NCBI GenBank assembly: GCA_023213195.1
Contig: CP096135.1
Coordinates: forward strand, 946,616 to 1,010,615
Reading direction: 5' to 3'
DNA length: 64,000 nucleotides
DNA from: Sphingobacteriales bacterium JAD_PAG50586_3
Lineage (GTDB): Bacteria > Bacteroidota > Bacteroidia > CAMBQF01
Positions 29,426 through 40,750 of the stretch are shown piece after piece. Numbering within the stretch: position 1 is the stretch's first letter; every line of letters begins with the position of its first letter. Under the pieces are notes generated by a model that saw only the letters and a list, made by a program, of their open reading frames with translations, ran no database searches and was not told the DNA's origin. Made by a program: the position numbers and the translations under genes.

Positions 29426-31471
29426 TTACCACATTTTAGCGCGTTGGTCTACCGGACGGAATAGTTTATCGCCGGGTTTAATACCAAAGGCATCGTAAAA
29501 CTCACCCATATTGGTAACCACACCGTTTACACGGAATTTACCCGGAGAGTGTGGGTCGGTATACAACTGCTCACGTAAAGCCTCTGGGCGGGCATGGCCC
29601 CTCCATATTTGCGCTAACGATAAAAAGAAACGTTGGTTTGGAGTAAAACCATCTATTTTATCGTTGTTTTTGTTGTTCATTTTAAAGGCTTCAAAAGCAA
29701 TAGTACAGCCACCCAAATCGGCTATGTTTTCGCCCAAGGTAAGCTCGCCGTTAATGTGTACACTATCTAACGGAAAGTATGCGTTGTATTGGTCTACAAA
29801 CACCTTGGTAAGGGCTTTGTATTTAACGGCATCTTCAGGGCTCCACCAATCTGTAAGGTTTCCGTTGGCATCAAACTGGCGGCCTTGGTCGTCAAAACCA
29901 TGGGTAAGCTCGTGGCCTATAACCATACCTATGCCACCGTAGTTAATGGCATCATCGGCATGCTCGTTAAAGAAAGGAGGTTGCAATATAGCGGCAGGGA
30001 ACACAATCTCATTAATAGTAGGGTTGTAGTAGGCATTAACCTCTTGCGGACCCATTAACCATTCTGTTTTATCTACCGTTTTGCCCAGTTTGCTTAGGTT
30101 ACGTTTTTGCTCATTTACAAAGCCTGCCTGTAGGTTATACCACCAGTGGCCATCATTCATTTCAAGGCCTTTATACTCTAACCATTTATCAGGATAACCT
30201 ATTTTGGTTATTATTTTAGCCAGTTTTTCTTGTGCTTTTTTCTTTGTTTCGGGGCTCATCCAGGTAAGCGCGTCAATGCGTTTAGCAAGGGCGGTGCGTA
30301 GGTTCTTCACCAAATCATCAGCACGTTTTTTAGCGTTTTCAGAGAATTTCAGCTTAACATATTCTTCGCCCACAATATCGCGCATAATGTAGCTTGTGTT
30401 GTCTACAACAAACTTCCAGTGCGGCTCCATTTTTTCGCGGCCATTCATAAACTTGCCATAAAAATCAAAGCGGGCAGTAGCAAAGTTTTTGCTTAGGTAT
30501 TTAGCGTTATCGTTAACAATATGAAAGCGCAGGTATGTTTTCCAATCGGTTGCAGGAATGGTTTTTAAATATCCGTCTAAGGCTGCAAAAAACTTAGGCT
30601 GGCTTACAACCACTTGTGGGTTATTATCAGGTATGCCTGATAGTTTAAAGAACAATGCCCAGTCTAAATTTTTGTTTTGCTTAATCCAGTCGGCAGTAGC
30701 TACGGGGTTATATACCGCGTAAGGGTCGCGTTGCTCTACAAGGGTCATTTGGGCCTTGGCCAGCTTCTCGTCTACACCATAAACGGTAGCGGCATTTTTA
30801 GCAGCATCAGCCGGGGTTTGGCCTTGCAGTTCAAATATTTTTTGAATGTACTCTTTGTATTTTTTGCGGGTTTCTTCAGACTTTCCATCGGTACGGAAGT
30901 AGTAATCCCTCTCTGGCAAACCAATGCCTGCCTGGCTAAGGTATAATGTATACGTATCAGATTTTTTCAAATCCTGGTCTACATACATACCAAAAAAACC
31001 GGTGTTTGTAAGTTTAGCCATAAGGCGGGCGTTGCTTTGCGGGGTGCCAAAGCTATCTGCAGCCGCTAACCAGCCTTTAAGGGGGTTTATGCCCTCTTTT
31101 TCAACCAGGTTAGTGTCCATGGCAGAGCGGTAGTAAGCACCCAGCAGCTGGGTGTTGCTGCCTTTTTCGGCATCTTTATTTTTACCGGCATTTTCTAAAA
31201 CGGTAAGGGTAGCTTTTTGGCTTTGCTCATCAAGCTCGTAAAAAGCGCCCCACTTGCTTTTGTCGCCCGGTATGGGGTTGGCTTTAATCCATTTAGAGTT
31301 TACAAACTCAAAAAAGTCGTCGCCGGGTTTGTGGGTAGAGTCTAACAGGGCAATATCAAAAGGGTTAACTTTATCAGTGCCGGCAGTAGCCTCTTTAGGC
31401 CCGCACGATTGAAGTAATGAGCCCGCAGACAAAAAGCCTACTGCGGCTAACAGGTAAACTGTTTTTTTCAT
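29426..31471 (-). CDS. M13-family zinc metallopeptidase (neprilysin/PepO-like)
   Basis: 681 aa. VIGHELTHGFD (HExxH) and downstream ENIADLGG motifs. Signal peptide/lipoprotein N-terminus. Confidence 0.85.
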   Translation of the reverse strand: MKKTVYLLAAVGFLSAGSLLQSCGPKEATAGTDKVNPFDIALLDSTHKPGDDFFEFVNSKWIKANPIPGDKSKWGAFYELDEQSQKATLTVLENAGKNKDAEKGSNTQLLGAYYRSAMDTNLVEKEGINPLKGWLAAADSFGTPQSNARLMAKLTNTGFFGMYVDQDLKKSDTYTLYLSQAGIGLPERDYYFRTDGKSEETRKKYKEYIQKIFELQGQTPADAAKNAATVYGVDEKLAKAQMTLVEQRDPYAVYNPVATADWIKQNKNLDWALFFKLSGIPDNNPQVVVSQPKFFAALDGYLKTIPATDWKTYLRFHIVNDNAKYLSKNFATARFDFYGKFMNGREKMEPHWKFVVDNTSYIMRDIVGEEYVKLKFSENAKKRADDLVKNLRTALAKRIDALTWMSPETKKKAQEKLAKIITKIGYPDKWLEYKGLEMNDGHWWYNLQAGFVNEQKRNLSKLGKTVDKTEWLMGPQEVNAYYNPTINEIVFPAAILQPPFFNEHADDAINYGGIGMVIGHELTHGFDDQGRQFDANGNLTDWWSPEDAVKYKALTKVFVDQYNAYFPLDSVHINGELTLGENIADLGGCTIAFEAFKMNNKNNDKIDGFTPNQRFFLSLAQIWRGHARPEALREQLYTDPHSPGKFRVNGVVTNMGEFYDAFGIKPGDKLFRPVDQRAKMW

Positions 31472-31675
31472 GTGTAAAGATTGGTTAATGCAAAAGTAAC
31501 TAAGGTTTGCAAGGTTAGTATATGTATGGGGTAAATAATTACACGAAGCCTACAATGGGATAGCAGTACTTATGTGCAACAAGCAGTATTTTTAGTTAAT
31601 AACCCCAAAATACACCGCCGCTATTTATATAATCAACTGAAAATCAATATTAAAAATAAAAAAACCGCCCCACTA

Positions 31676-31714
31676 TTTGTTGTTAATAAAATTTCTCTAT
31701 CTTTGCACTCCTTA
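31676..31714 (+). promoter_or_regulatory. candidate Bacteroidetes-type promoter for rpsO (TTTG … TAtcTTTG)
   Basis: tatTTGttgttaataaaatttctcTAtcTTTGcact resembles the -33 TTTG / -7 TAnnTTTG consensus about 35 nt upstream of rpsO. Confidence 0.3.
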
Positions 31715-31748
31715 ATAAAGAAGCAAATAAACTTTTTACAGTATAAAG

Positions 31749-32018
31749 ATGTACTTAACAAGCGAAGTAAAAAAAGAAATTTTTAAACTACACGGTGAAA
31801 CAGAAACCAACACAGGTTCTTCTGAAGGTCAAATAGCCCTTTTTACACACCGCATTAACCACCTTACCGAGCATTTAAAAGCTAACCGTAAGGATTTTAA
31901 CACCCAAAGGTCTTTAATAAACCTGGTAGGTAAACGCCGCCGTTTATTAGACTATCTTAAAAATGGCGAGATTGAACGCTACAGGGCAATTATCAAAACC
32001 CTGGGCATCCGTAAATAA
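31749..32018 (+). CDS. rpsO: 30S ribosomal protein S15
   Basis: 89 aa. …GSSEGQIALFTHRINHLTEHLKANRKDFNTQRSLINLVGKRRRLLDYL…. Confidence 0.9.
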   Translation: MYLTSEVKKEIFKLHGETETNTGSSEGQIALFTHRINHLTEHLKANRKDFNTQRSLINLVGKRRRLLDYLKNGEIERYRAIIKTLGIRK

Positions 32019-32030
32019 TTCACCAAGCGA

Positions 32031-32066
32031 AAAGAGGCAATTACAATTGCCTCTTTTCGTTTTTCA
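32031..32066 (+). terminator. intrinsic terminator after rpsO
   Basis: aagaggcaattacaattgcctctt followed by ttcgttttt. Confidence 0.6.
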
Positions 32067-32092
32067 TTTAAAGTATTTTAACCAATCAGACT

Positions 32093-34324
32093 ATGTCTAA
32101 AATAGCAATTACTCAATCGTTCGATTTGGGCGATGGCCGCACAGTTACCCTTGAAACAGGTAAACTTGCCAAACAGGCAGACGGTTCAGTAGTAGTACGC
32201 ATAGGCAACACCATGTTGTTAGCCGCCGTTGTTTCTAACCAAGACCCGGTTCCCGGGGCCGATTTTATGCCCTTAACCGTTGAATATAAAGAGAAGTACG
32301 CAGCCGCCGGTGTTTTTCCGGGTGGCTTTTTTAAGCGTGAGGCCCGTCCGTCAGACTACGAAATCCTTATCTGCCGTTTAGTTGACCGCGCTTTACGTCC
32401 TCTTTTTCCTGAAGATTACCATGCTGACACACAGGTTGTTATCAACCTAATATCAGCAGAAGCAGGTGTGCTGCCCGATACTTATGCTTGTTTAGCAGCA
32501 TCGGCCGCCCTTGCCCTTTCTGATATTCCTTTTAAAGGCCCTATTTCTGAAGTTCGCGTTTGCCGTATTAATGGCGAGTTGGTATTAAACCCAACAATGG
32601 AGCAGATAGAGCAAGCCGATATTGATATGATGGTTGCCGCCACTATGGAAAACGTAGTGATGATTGAAGGCGAAATGAAAGAAGTTGCAGAAGCTGATAT
32701 GATGTCGGCTATTGGCTTTGGACACGAAGCTATCAAACGCCAGCTTACCGCTATCAACGCGTTGGTTGAGGCTGCCGGTGGTAAAAAACCTGCCCGCGTT
32801 TACAACCACGAAACTAACGACGAAGACTTACGTGCCGCTGTTAAAGCCGCTACGTACGATAAAGTATATGCTGTTGCCAAAGCCGGTAACCCTAAAAAAG
32901 ACGACCGTAAGGCCGCTTTTAAAGCCGTATTGGAAGAGTACAAAGCTACTTTTAGCGAAGAAGAATTGGCTGAGAAAATTGGCCTGATTAAAAAATACTA
33001 CCACGAGGTGGAATGGCAAGCCGTTCGCGACGTGATATTGAATGAGCGTATCCGTTTAGACGGTCGTAAAACAGACGAAATACGTAACATTTGGAGCGAG
33101 GTTGATTACCTTCCAAGTGCCCACGGTTCGGCTATCTTTACCCGTGGCGATACACAATCTCTTACCACTGTTACCCTGGGTAACAAAATGGATGAGCAAC
33201 TTATTGATGGCGCCATTATTAAAGGCACTGCTAAATTCCTTTTACATTACAACTTCCCTGCATACTCTACAGGTGAGGCCCGCATGAACCGCGGTACCAG
33301 CCGCCGCGAGGTAGGCCACGGTAACCTTGCGTTACGTGCTTTGAAAAACATGATTCCTTCTGCTCCTGAAAATCCTTACACTATCCGTATAGTGTCTGAT
33401 ATTCTTGAGTCTAACGGTTCATCATCTATGGCTACGGTTTGCGCCGGTACACTTGCTTTGATGGATGCCGGTATACAAATTAAACGTCCGGTATCAGGCA
33501 TTGCCATGGGCTTAATTACTGATGGTACAGGCAAATTTGCTGTACTATCTGATATTCTGGGTGATGAAGACCACTTAGGAGATATGGACTTTAAAGTAAC
33601 GGGTACCGAAAATGGTATTACCGCTTGCCAAATGGACATTAAAGTAGATGGTTTAACGGCTGAAATTATGACACAAGCCCTAGACCAGGCCCGTGCAGGC
33701 CGCTTACACATACTTGGCGAAATTGCTAAGACTATGTCTGCGCCTAATGCTGATTACAAACCACACGCACCGCGTATTGTTGAATTCCGCATTCCACGCG
33801 AATACATTGGCGCCGTTATTGGTTCTGGTGGCAAGGTTATTCAGGAAATGCAACGCGAAACTAACACCATCATCACTATTGAAGAGGTTGGACAAGAAGG
33901 TATCATCCAGATATCATCAGCCAACAAAAATGATATTGATGCAGCGTTAGACCGTATTAAGAATATTATTACTGAGCCTGAAGTTGGTACAATATATACC
34001 GGCAAAGTTAAAACAATACAGCCCTTTGGTGCGTTTGTTGAAATACTACCGGGTAAAGACGGCTTACTCCACATTTCAGAAATTAAATGGGAGCGTTTAG
34101 AAACGATGGATGGTGTGCTGAATGAAGGTGATGTGATTGAGGTTAAATTAATTGGCCTTGACCCTAAAACCGGTAAATTAAAACTATCACGTAAGGTTCT
34201 TTTAGACAAGCCGGAAGGTTATGTTGAGCCTGAACCACGCGAGCGCCGCGAAGGTGGCGACCGTGGCCCACGCCGCGATTTTAAAGGCGGCGGCCGTGAT
34301 AACCGTGGCCCGCGCCGCGACTAA
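32093..34324 (+). CDS. pnp: polyribonucleotide nucleotidyltransferase (PNPase)
   Basis: 743 aa. Two RNase PH domains, KH and S1, and an RGG-rich C-terminal tail. Confidence 0.9.
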   Translation: MSKIAITQSFDLGDGRTVTLETGKLAKQADGSVVVRIGNTMLLAAVVSNQDPVPGADFMPLTVEYKEKYAAAGVFPGGFFKREARPSDYEILICRLVDRALRPLFPEDYHADTQVVINLISAEAGVLPDTYACLAASAALALSDIPFKGPISEVRVCRINGELVLNPTMEQIEQADIDMMVAATMENVVMIEGEMKEVAEADMMSAIGFGHEAIKRQLTAINALVEAAGGKKPARVYNHETNDEDLRAAVKAATYDKVYAVAKAGNPKKDDRKAAFKAVLEEYKATFSEEELAEKIGLIKKYYHEVEWQAVRDVILNERIRLDGRKTDEIRNIWSEVDYLPSAHGSAIFTRGDTQSLTTVTLGNKMDEQLIDGAIIKGTAKFLLHYNFPAYSTGEARMNRGTSRREVGHGNLALRALKNMIPSAPENPYTIRIVSDILESNGSSSMATVCAGTLALMDAGIQIKRPVSGIAMGLITDGTGKFAVLSDILGDEDHLGDMDFKVTGTENGITACQMDIKVDGLTAEIMTQALDQARAGRLHILGEIAKTMSAPNADYKPHAPRIVEFRIPREYIGAVIGSGGKVIQEMQRETNTIITIEEVGQEGIIQISSANKNDIDAALDRIKNIITEPEVGTIYTGKVKTIQPFGAFVEILPGKDGLLHISEIKWERLETMDGVLNEGDVIEVKLIGLDPKTGKLKLSRKVLLDKPEGYVEPEPRERREGGDRGPRRDFKGGGRDNRGPRRD

Positions 34325-34399
34325 CATTGCTTTATTATTAGTGTAACAAATAGATACAACTATCGTATAAAAGCCCCTTATATATAAGGGTGTTTGCCT

Positions 34400-35263
34400 A
34401 TGAGACAGTTAAAGATTACAAAACAGGTTACAAATCGCGAAACCGCCTCTCTTGATAAGTATTTACAAGAGATTGGTAAGGTAGAGCTTATCAACGCCGA
34501 AGAGGAAGTTGAGTTAGCGCGCCGTATACGCTAGGGCGACCAGGCGGCACTGGAAAAGCTAACCAAAGCCAACCTTCGTTTCGTTGTGTCGGTATCTAAA
34601 CAATACCAAAACCAGGGCCTTAGCCTGCCCGACTTAATTAACGAGGGTAACCTGGGTTTGATTAAAGCTGCGCAACGTTTTGATGAAACACGTGGTTTTA
34701 AATTCATTTCGTACGCCGTATGGTGGATTCGCCAGTCAATTCTTCAGGCGTTAGCAGAGCAGTCTCGTATTGTTCGTTTACCACTGAACAAAATTGGTTC
34801 TATCAATAAAATCAACAAGGCTTTTTCTAAGCTGGAGCAAGAGTATGAGCGCGAACCAACCGCCGAAGAAATTGCCCAAATCTTGGAAATGACCGAGAAT
34901 GATGTTAAGGAGTCTATTAAAAACTCGGGCCGCCATATTTCTATGGATGCGCCGCTGGTTCAAGGCGAAGAGAGCAACATGTACGATGTACTACGCAGCT
35001 CTGATAGCCCAAGCCCTGAGAGTGGTTTAATTAACGACTCTTTACGTAAAGAGATAGAGCGCGCATTGTCTACACTAACTCCCCGCGAGGCTGATGTTAT
35101 TAAATTATACTTCGGCTTAAACGGTGAGCATGCCATGACATTGGAAGAGATAGGTGAGAAGTTTGACCTTACACGCGAGCGTGTACGCCAGATTAAAGAA
35201 AAAGCGATTCGTCGCTTAAAACACACATCACGTAGCAAAATCCTAAAAACATACCTTGGATAA
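34400..35263 (+). CDS. rpoD: RNA polymerase primary sigma factor (sigma-70 family, short Bacteroidetes SigA type), with an in-frame TAG at 34532-34534 (codon 45)
   Basis: [53 protein letters not shown]… continues in frame into regions 2, 3 and 4 ([12 protein letters not shown], …[15 protein letters not shown]…TLEEIG…). Confidence 0.8.
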
Positions 35264-35283
35264 GAAACAACTACTTATAAAGA

Positions 35284-35317
35284 AAGCCCCTTCGGAAACG
35301 TTGGGGCTTTTTTGTGG
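35284..35317 (+). terminator. intrinsic terminator after rpoD
   Basis: aagccccttcggaaacgttggggctttttt. Confidence 0.6.
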
Positions 35318-35441
35318 TTTGTATATCTATCCCCTCTTGAGAGTGGTGCCAAATGAAATGAAGGCGGGGTGTGTTATTTTATAATCCCATCTTTATTTAG
35401 GGGGAATAACTTTTCCGAGAAACCCTAGGTTAATAGGTGTG

Positions 35442-36416
35442 CTATTTGTTCTTTTTACGCCCACTGGCTGCGAGTTTTACTATGCGGATGTAGTTTGGTT
35501 CCAACAACCCTTTTTCAAAGAAACCACGCTCTTTTATCATGCTGTGCATGCGGGGTAAATTATATGGCGGAACAGTCATTAGCAAATGGTGTTCGGCATG
35601 GTAGTTTACATAGTGCGGTGCAAACAGCATACGCTCTAAAAAGTTGGCATAAGTAGTGCGCGAGTTTGCGTGGTTATCTTTTGAATTGGCTACCACGCTA
35701 TGCTCTGCAATAGAGCGTACCCGCAAGCAAAAATTGTAGGTGGTAAAGTATGCGCCCACCCACAGCAAATACAGCCACGGTGCGCCACACAGCCATAATA
35801 TGCCTAACATAATTAGGTTAACGGTAGCAGCTCCCCACATGTTTTTAAAACCGGTAGAGAATATATTGGCAACTTTGCGGCCCCTTTGGTCTACTTTAAT
35901 AATCATGCCCCCTAAATGGTATTGCAAAAATCCCAGGTGCATGGCGGTAAGCCCTACGTTGGCTTTTACACCGGTAAGGCCGGTTAAGTCGCGGCTAAAT
36001 TTGCGTGTAAGCCCTGCTTTGTTGGTAGGGTAGCCCTTGGTAAGGGGTAAATCAGGGTCAACATCTGTACCCGTAGTAACATGGTGTTTAAGGTGGTAGG
36101 GGCGGTAGCGTATCAAATCGTGAAAAATGGGGTAGGCCCCAAACCACGACCCAAAAAACTCATTCTGCTTGCGGGTTTCAAATAGCGCGTGGTGAGATGC
36201 ATCGTGCATAATAATAGCGCACGCCAGTTGCTTGCCACCCAATATAAATAACGCCGGCACAATGGTAAACACACTGGGGTAAAAGCCCGCAATGGCAAAA
36301 GCAAAGGCTATCCAAAACCAGGTATCAAAAACCTCCCACGCGGCGCGCCAGTTGTTCTTTTTAAGCAGGTCTTTTATCTCCTCTTTTTTAAGGTATGTAT
36401 AAACATCAACATCCAT
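35442..36416 (-). CDS. membrane fatty-acid desaturase
   Basis: Histidine boxes HDASHH, HLKHH and HAEHH. TM segments. Confidence 0.8.
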   Translation of the reverse strand: MDVDVYTYLKKEEIKDLLKKNNWRAAWEVFDTWFWIAFAFAIAGFYPSVFTIVPALFILGGKQLACAIIMHDASHHALFETRKQNEFFGSWFGAYPIFHDLIRYRPYHLKHHVTTGTDVDPDLPLTKGYPTNKAGLTRKFSRDLTGLTGVKANVGLTAMHLGFLQYHLGGMIIKVDQRGRKVANIFSTGFKNMWGAATVNLIMLGILWLCGAPWLYLLWVGAYFTTYNFCLRVRSIAEHSVVANSKDNHANSRTTYANFLERMLFAPHYVNYHAEHHLLMTVPPYNLPRMHSMIKERGFFEKGLLEPNYIRIVKLAASGRKKNK

Positions 36417-36481
36417 GTACTACAAAAATAAAAAAAGCCCGGTACAAACCGGGCTTTTATATGGTGCAATAGCTGTTTTAA

Positions 36482-38139
36482 TTAGGGGGCAGCTACTGTG
36501 TTAGGTACAATAGTACCATCAGGCACAGTTACGTCTTTCAATTCTTTCAGTTCAATAGCCTCTTTAGCCTTAATATTATCAGCATCAAAAGTTAAAATTT
36601 TGGCGTACGATGCTTTTGCTAATACATAGTCTTTAGCTACTAAAAGGTAGTAAGAACCAAGGTATACGTAAGCTTCGGCAAGCTGGCGCTTGTTTTTCTC
36701 AACCTCTTCGGGCTTAATTTTGCTAATGTATGTTTCGTAAAAAGGCTTAGCCATTCCTTTTTAGAATCCGGGTCCATGCGTGAGTTTGCCTGTGCACGTT
36801 TCAGGTACACAATAGCAGCATCGGGCTGCAGCGCAGCCGCTTTAGCGTAGGCAGTATCGGCCTTACCAAAAGCGCCCAATTGGTAGTGGGCCAGGCCAAG
36901 GTTTAACCAATCGGCAGTAATAACGCCTTTATCAAGCGATGTTTTGATGTTGTAGAACTTAATAGCCTCAGCATAGTTCTTGGTTTTAAGGTACGCGCCT
37001 GCAATATCGCCGGTTAGCTCTTTGCGGGTAGTATCTTGGTTATAAACATCAAGAAGCACTTTAAGGGCTATAGAGTCCATGTTGTTTTTAAGCAACAGTT
37101 TGCCATAATACTCATAGTCTGAAGCCAAAAGTTTATCAGCAGGTTGTTGGGCCATAAACTTGTTCATGCTCTTTAGGCCGTCTTCGTATTTACGCACCTC
37201 GTATTGAGAGTATGCTTTTAGGCGTTTAAGTACAACAATGTTGCTGTCTGTTTGAAAGATTAGGTCAATCTCGCTAATGGCATCGTTATATTGCTTGGCA
37301 AGGAATAAGAACTTGGCGTAGCGTACGCGGGCTTTAAAGTTGTTTTTAGCCAACGATAGGTACTTTTTGTATTGTTCTTTAGCTAGGCCATATTTATCAA
37401 ACAAGAAGTAGAAGTCGCCTTTCTCGCGGTATGCAGGGGCAAACGATGAGTCTACCTTAATAGCATCGTTATACGATTTTAAAGCAGAGTCGAAGTTGCG
37501 GGCGCGTAACCAAAGCTGGCCCTGGCGCAGGTATGCACGCACGTTGTTTTTATCAAGAGAAATGGCTTTCTCGTAGTTGTTCATGGCATCGCCACCTTTG
37601 TTAGCCTCTAAAAACACATCGCCCAGGGCAATGTATAAAGCGGCGTTTTTAGGCTTGTTGTCTTTACCAAGGTCAATAGCGCGGGCTTTTATAAGGTAAC
37701 CCATAGCTTTGGCTGTATCTTTAGTAGGGGCGTTTACCAGTGCGTAAGCAGCCTCTATAAATACAGGTATGCTTTTGTTATCGCTCCACTGCACACCTTT
37801 ATCAACCAGTGCAATACCATCGGCTTTTTTGCCGCGGTGCATGGCTACACTGCCTAAACCAATGTGGTTTAAAGGGTTTGTGGGCGCTTTGGCAGTGCCC
37901 AGTTTAAACATTACCTCGGCCGAGTCTAAATCATCAGTAGAGATAAAGTTTTTGCCATAGTAATAGTACACATCGCCATTGGCAGCATCAGAAACCAATA
38001 GTTTTTTAAAAGCTTCGTCGGCGCGGTTGTACTGCTCATTGTCTGAGAACTTTATGGCATCCTGAAGTGTTTGGGCATGGGTGTTGGCTGCAAAAAACAG
38101 CGCTACTATCAAGGCCGATACTGATTTAATGATTTTCAT
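36482..38139 (-). CDS. TPR-repeat protein with signal peptide (frameshift near 36760, cctttttag run)
   Basis: Multiple TPR-like helical repeats. The last 90 aa are read in a second frame. Confidence 0.55.
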
Positions 38140-38186
38140 GAGTGATTAAAAATTCAAAGTGTTTATTTGTGGATTCGTGTTGTGTG

Positions 38187-39125
38187 TTAGTCTTTTACGC
38201 GAATAACCTGCGCTTTTATGTTGGCGGGCAATAATCCCATCAGCTTAACTATGCGTTGTCCTTTGTCATAATAACAAAAGTTTACAAAGCCCGTGCCAAG
38301 CCCATTATACGGCTCGCGTTTTATCATATACACTTCGCGCGATAGTGGGTATTCCTTTAATGCTAAGTGGCCTGCCAGTGGCGGAAAAACTCGTGGTTAA
38401 ACGATGTATCTGTAGCCGCTGCAAGGTTAACAACCTTTATATCCTTTAAAAAGTTCATAGAGGTAGAGTCGTCGCGGTCGCTAATCCAGCTAACACCAAT
38501 AACACCAATAGCGTTGGGGTGCTCTTGCACATACTTAATAACATTGGGGTTAGAGCTGCTGGCCTTAGCAATAGGCAGGAAACTGCTGTATGGCGAATTT
38601 ATCCATTAAAAAGCGGGCATTGCTGCTTTGCTTGCTATCAAAAACCACCTGCACATCGCCCAATTTAGATTTTGGGTTCAAATCTGTCCATTTAGGTGCC
38701 TTGGCCCTTAAAAATACGGTCTAAGTGGCCCAGGGTAAGGTTGGTATCGGTATTGCTTTGATTAACAATAAAGGCGACAGCATCGTATGCTATTAATGAT
38801 GTTTTAGGGGTGATTTTTATACTGTCGAAGTATGCCTTTTCTGATGGGTTAAGGTCTCGGCTAACCATAATTACCCGTGCCGAATCTTTTAGCAAATCGG
38901 CAAAGGCCGTTGGCTCATCGGTATAGGTGGGGGTAATAACAGCGCCCTGGTTTAGCGACATAAAGGTATTTACCTGCGAATCTGCCAGAACTGGAAATTC
39001 TCATCAACCGATATTTTTATTTTCCCCGATGTTAAATCGTCTGTATGGCCGGGGCCGGGCTTGCCACATGCGGCCAGCAGTGCAATGGCTGTAGCCATTA
39101 AGCCTGCAAAAATCCTGTTAGTCAT
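38187..39125 (-). pseudogene. PstS-family phosphate-binding (PBP) lipoprotein gene broken by at least three frameshifts
   Basis: MTNRIFAGLMATAIALLAACGKPG… (N-terminus) and …GQRIVKLMGLLPANIKAQVIRVKD* (C-terminus) in different frames. The 38692..38961 fragment sits between them. Confidence 0.5.
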
Positions 39126-39339
39126 TGTCTTCTTTTAGCGATTTAAATTTTTGATACGTGCCAAACGCCCTGTACAAGCCAAATGCAATTAACAGGTAAC
39201 CGGGCCATGTGCCAATTTTGCGTTCAACCATAACACCATAGTCGGTGGTTAAATAAAACACACCTAAAGCAATATAAATTACCGCCATTAAGGCGCTAAA
39301 AATAACGAGCACTAAGGGTAATGTTGACTTTTTAGACAT
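39118..39339 (-). CDS. small two-TM membrane protein, hypothetical
   Basis: 73 aa with two hydrophobic helices. Confidence 0.35.
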   Translation of the reverse strand: MSKKSTLPLVLVIFSALMAVIYIALGVFYLTTDYGVMVERKIGTWPGYLLIAFGLYRAFGTYQKFKSLKEDND

Positions 39340-39397
39340 ACAACTTTTGCAAGGTGCGAATATAGCAATATTACCTTTAGCGCCCGCAGTATCTATG

Positions 39398-40240
39398 TTA
39401 GATTTGTTTAAAGCTTATGGGCACTACCAATATTACAGGTACAGCCCGCCCATCTTGCATTCCGGGCGCCCATTTAGGCATAGATTTTACGGCGTTTACC
39501 GCTGTTTTTTTCAGCAGGTCGTAACTGCCACGCACGGCCTCTACATGGCTTACTGTTCCATCTACGCCGACAATAAACTGCACATATATGGTGCCTGATA
39601 AGCCCATTTCTGACCATTGGCGGTTTTTACGTGCCTGCTCGCTGATGAAGTTCATCATAGCGGGTTCGCCACCCGGAAATTTAGGCATAACCTGCGCGGT
39701 GTATACAGGGGTGTAGGTGTCTACCGGTTTTGCAGGGCCTTTTCCTCCAGTGCCGGTAGTATCGTCAACTTCATATATATCGTCTTTATTTAATAGCCTG
39801 TCTACACCGTCTTGATTTATGGTGCCAAAAGATTTTTTAGGGTCTATAGGTTGTATTATAATTTCCCTTTTTCCATTAACATCATAATCATTTGTAGCCT
39901 GTGTAGCCACTTTTTCGGCTTTGTTATTTTGTGGCTTTACAGGCTCTGGTGGTACAATATCGTCAACAATATCGGTTGGAGGTGTGCTGCCTGTATTAAG
40001 AACAATATCCTTAATTTCAGGGCTGCGGGTAGCAATTAACAGTAGGAGCATAAGTAAGAGTGCAGTAGAGCCAAAGGCCTTTGCCATAGAGTTGTTGTAG
40101 CCTTTGCGTATTGCATAGGCACCGTAGCTTTTGTTGCGGTTTTCAAAAACCAAATCGTCAAAGCTGTTTACATTTTTTGCGAGCATATCCATAAGTGTGA
40201 TTTTGGTTCTAGAACGGCAGGTCGCCGTTTTAGTGTACAT
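39398..40240 (-). CDS. energy transducer TonB-family protein
   Basis: N-terminal TM, Pro-rich spacer (PPEPVKP…), C-terminal TonB_C (…GTVSHVEAVRGSYDLL…AVNAVKSMPKWAPGMQDGRAVPV). Confidence 0.7.
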   Translation of the reverse strand: MYTKTATCRSRTKITLMDMLAKNVNSFDDLVFENRNKSYGAYAIRKGYNNSMAKAFGSTALLLMLLLLIATRSPEIKDIVLNTGSTPPTDIVDDIVPPEPVKPQNNKAEKVATQATNDYDVNGKREIIIQPIDPKKSFGTINQDGVDRLLNKDDIYEVDDTTGTGGKGPAKPVDTYTPVYTAQVMPKFPGGEPAMMNFISEQARKNRQWSEMGLSGTIYVQFIVGVDGTVSHVEAVRGSYDLLKKTAVNAVKSMPKWAPGMQDGRAVPVILVVPISFKQI

Positions 40241-40520
40241 TTTATTGCCTACAATTAATTGTCTTTATCGGAGATGCTATCGTCGCTATTTTTCCATAAG
40301 ATGTTTGTGTAAATGCTTGTATTTGTTTAGGTTATATGGCACACAGAAAACAGGCTTTATCGGAAAAAAGGGATAGTAATTAATTGAAAATTCAAAATGC
40401 AAAATGGTTTTCACCTCCCCCTTTTCCCCTTCCTAAATTTAGGAGAGGAGGCAGAAACATGACGTAGGTCATATATCCAAGGTAAATTATATTTCTACCT
40501 TTGCGGCTTAACTATATAGT

Positions 40521-40739
40521 ATGAGCGAAGTAGTAGTAAGAGACAGCAACGGTACGGTATTGCAAGACGGTGATTCTGTAACCCTAACCAAAGATTTGAA
40601 ATTGAAAGGTTCATCAACCGTTATAAAGCGCGGCACCATGGTAAAAAACATCAAGCTTACCGGCGATGCGCAGGAAATAGATTGCCGTGTAAATAAAATG
40701 GAAGTAGTACTCCGCGCTGAGTTTTTGAAGAAGGCTTAG
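40521..40739 (+). CDS. PhnA-domain protein (C-terminal domain of alkylphosphonate-utilisation protein PhnA/YjdC-like)
   Basis: VRDSNGTVLQDGDSVTLTKDLKLKGSSTVIKRGTMVKNIKLTGDAQEIDCRV matches the PhnA C-terminal domain. Confidence 0.65.
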   Translation: MSEVVVRDSNGTVLQDGDSVTLTKDLKLKGSSTVIKRGTMVKNIKLTGDAQEIDCRVNKMEVVLRAEFLKKA

Positions 40740-40750
40740 TAACATATAGC

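Noticed and set aside
32482-34209. Multiple 60-120-aa ORFs on both strands inside pnp
   Set aside because: All overlap the long, well-conserved PNPase frame. They are shadow ORFs.
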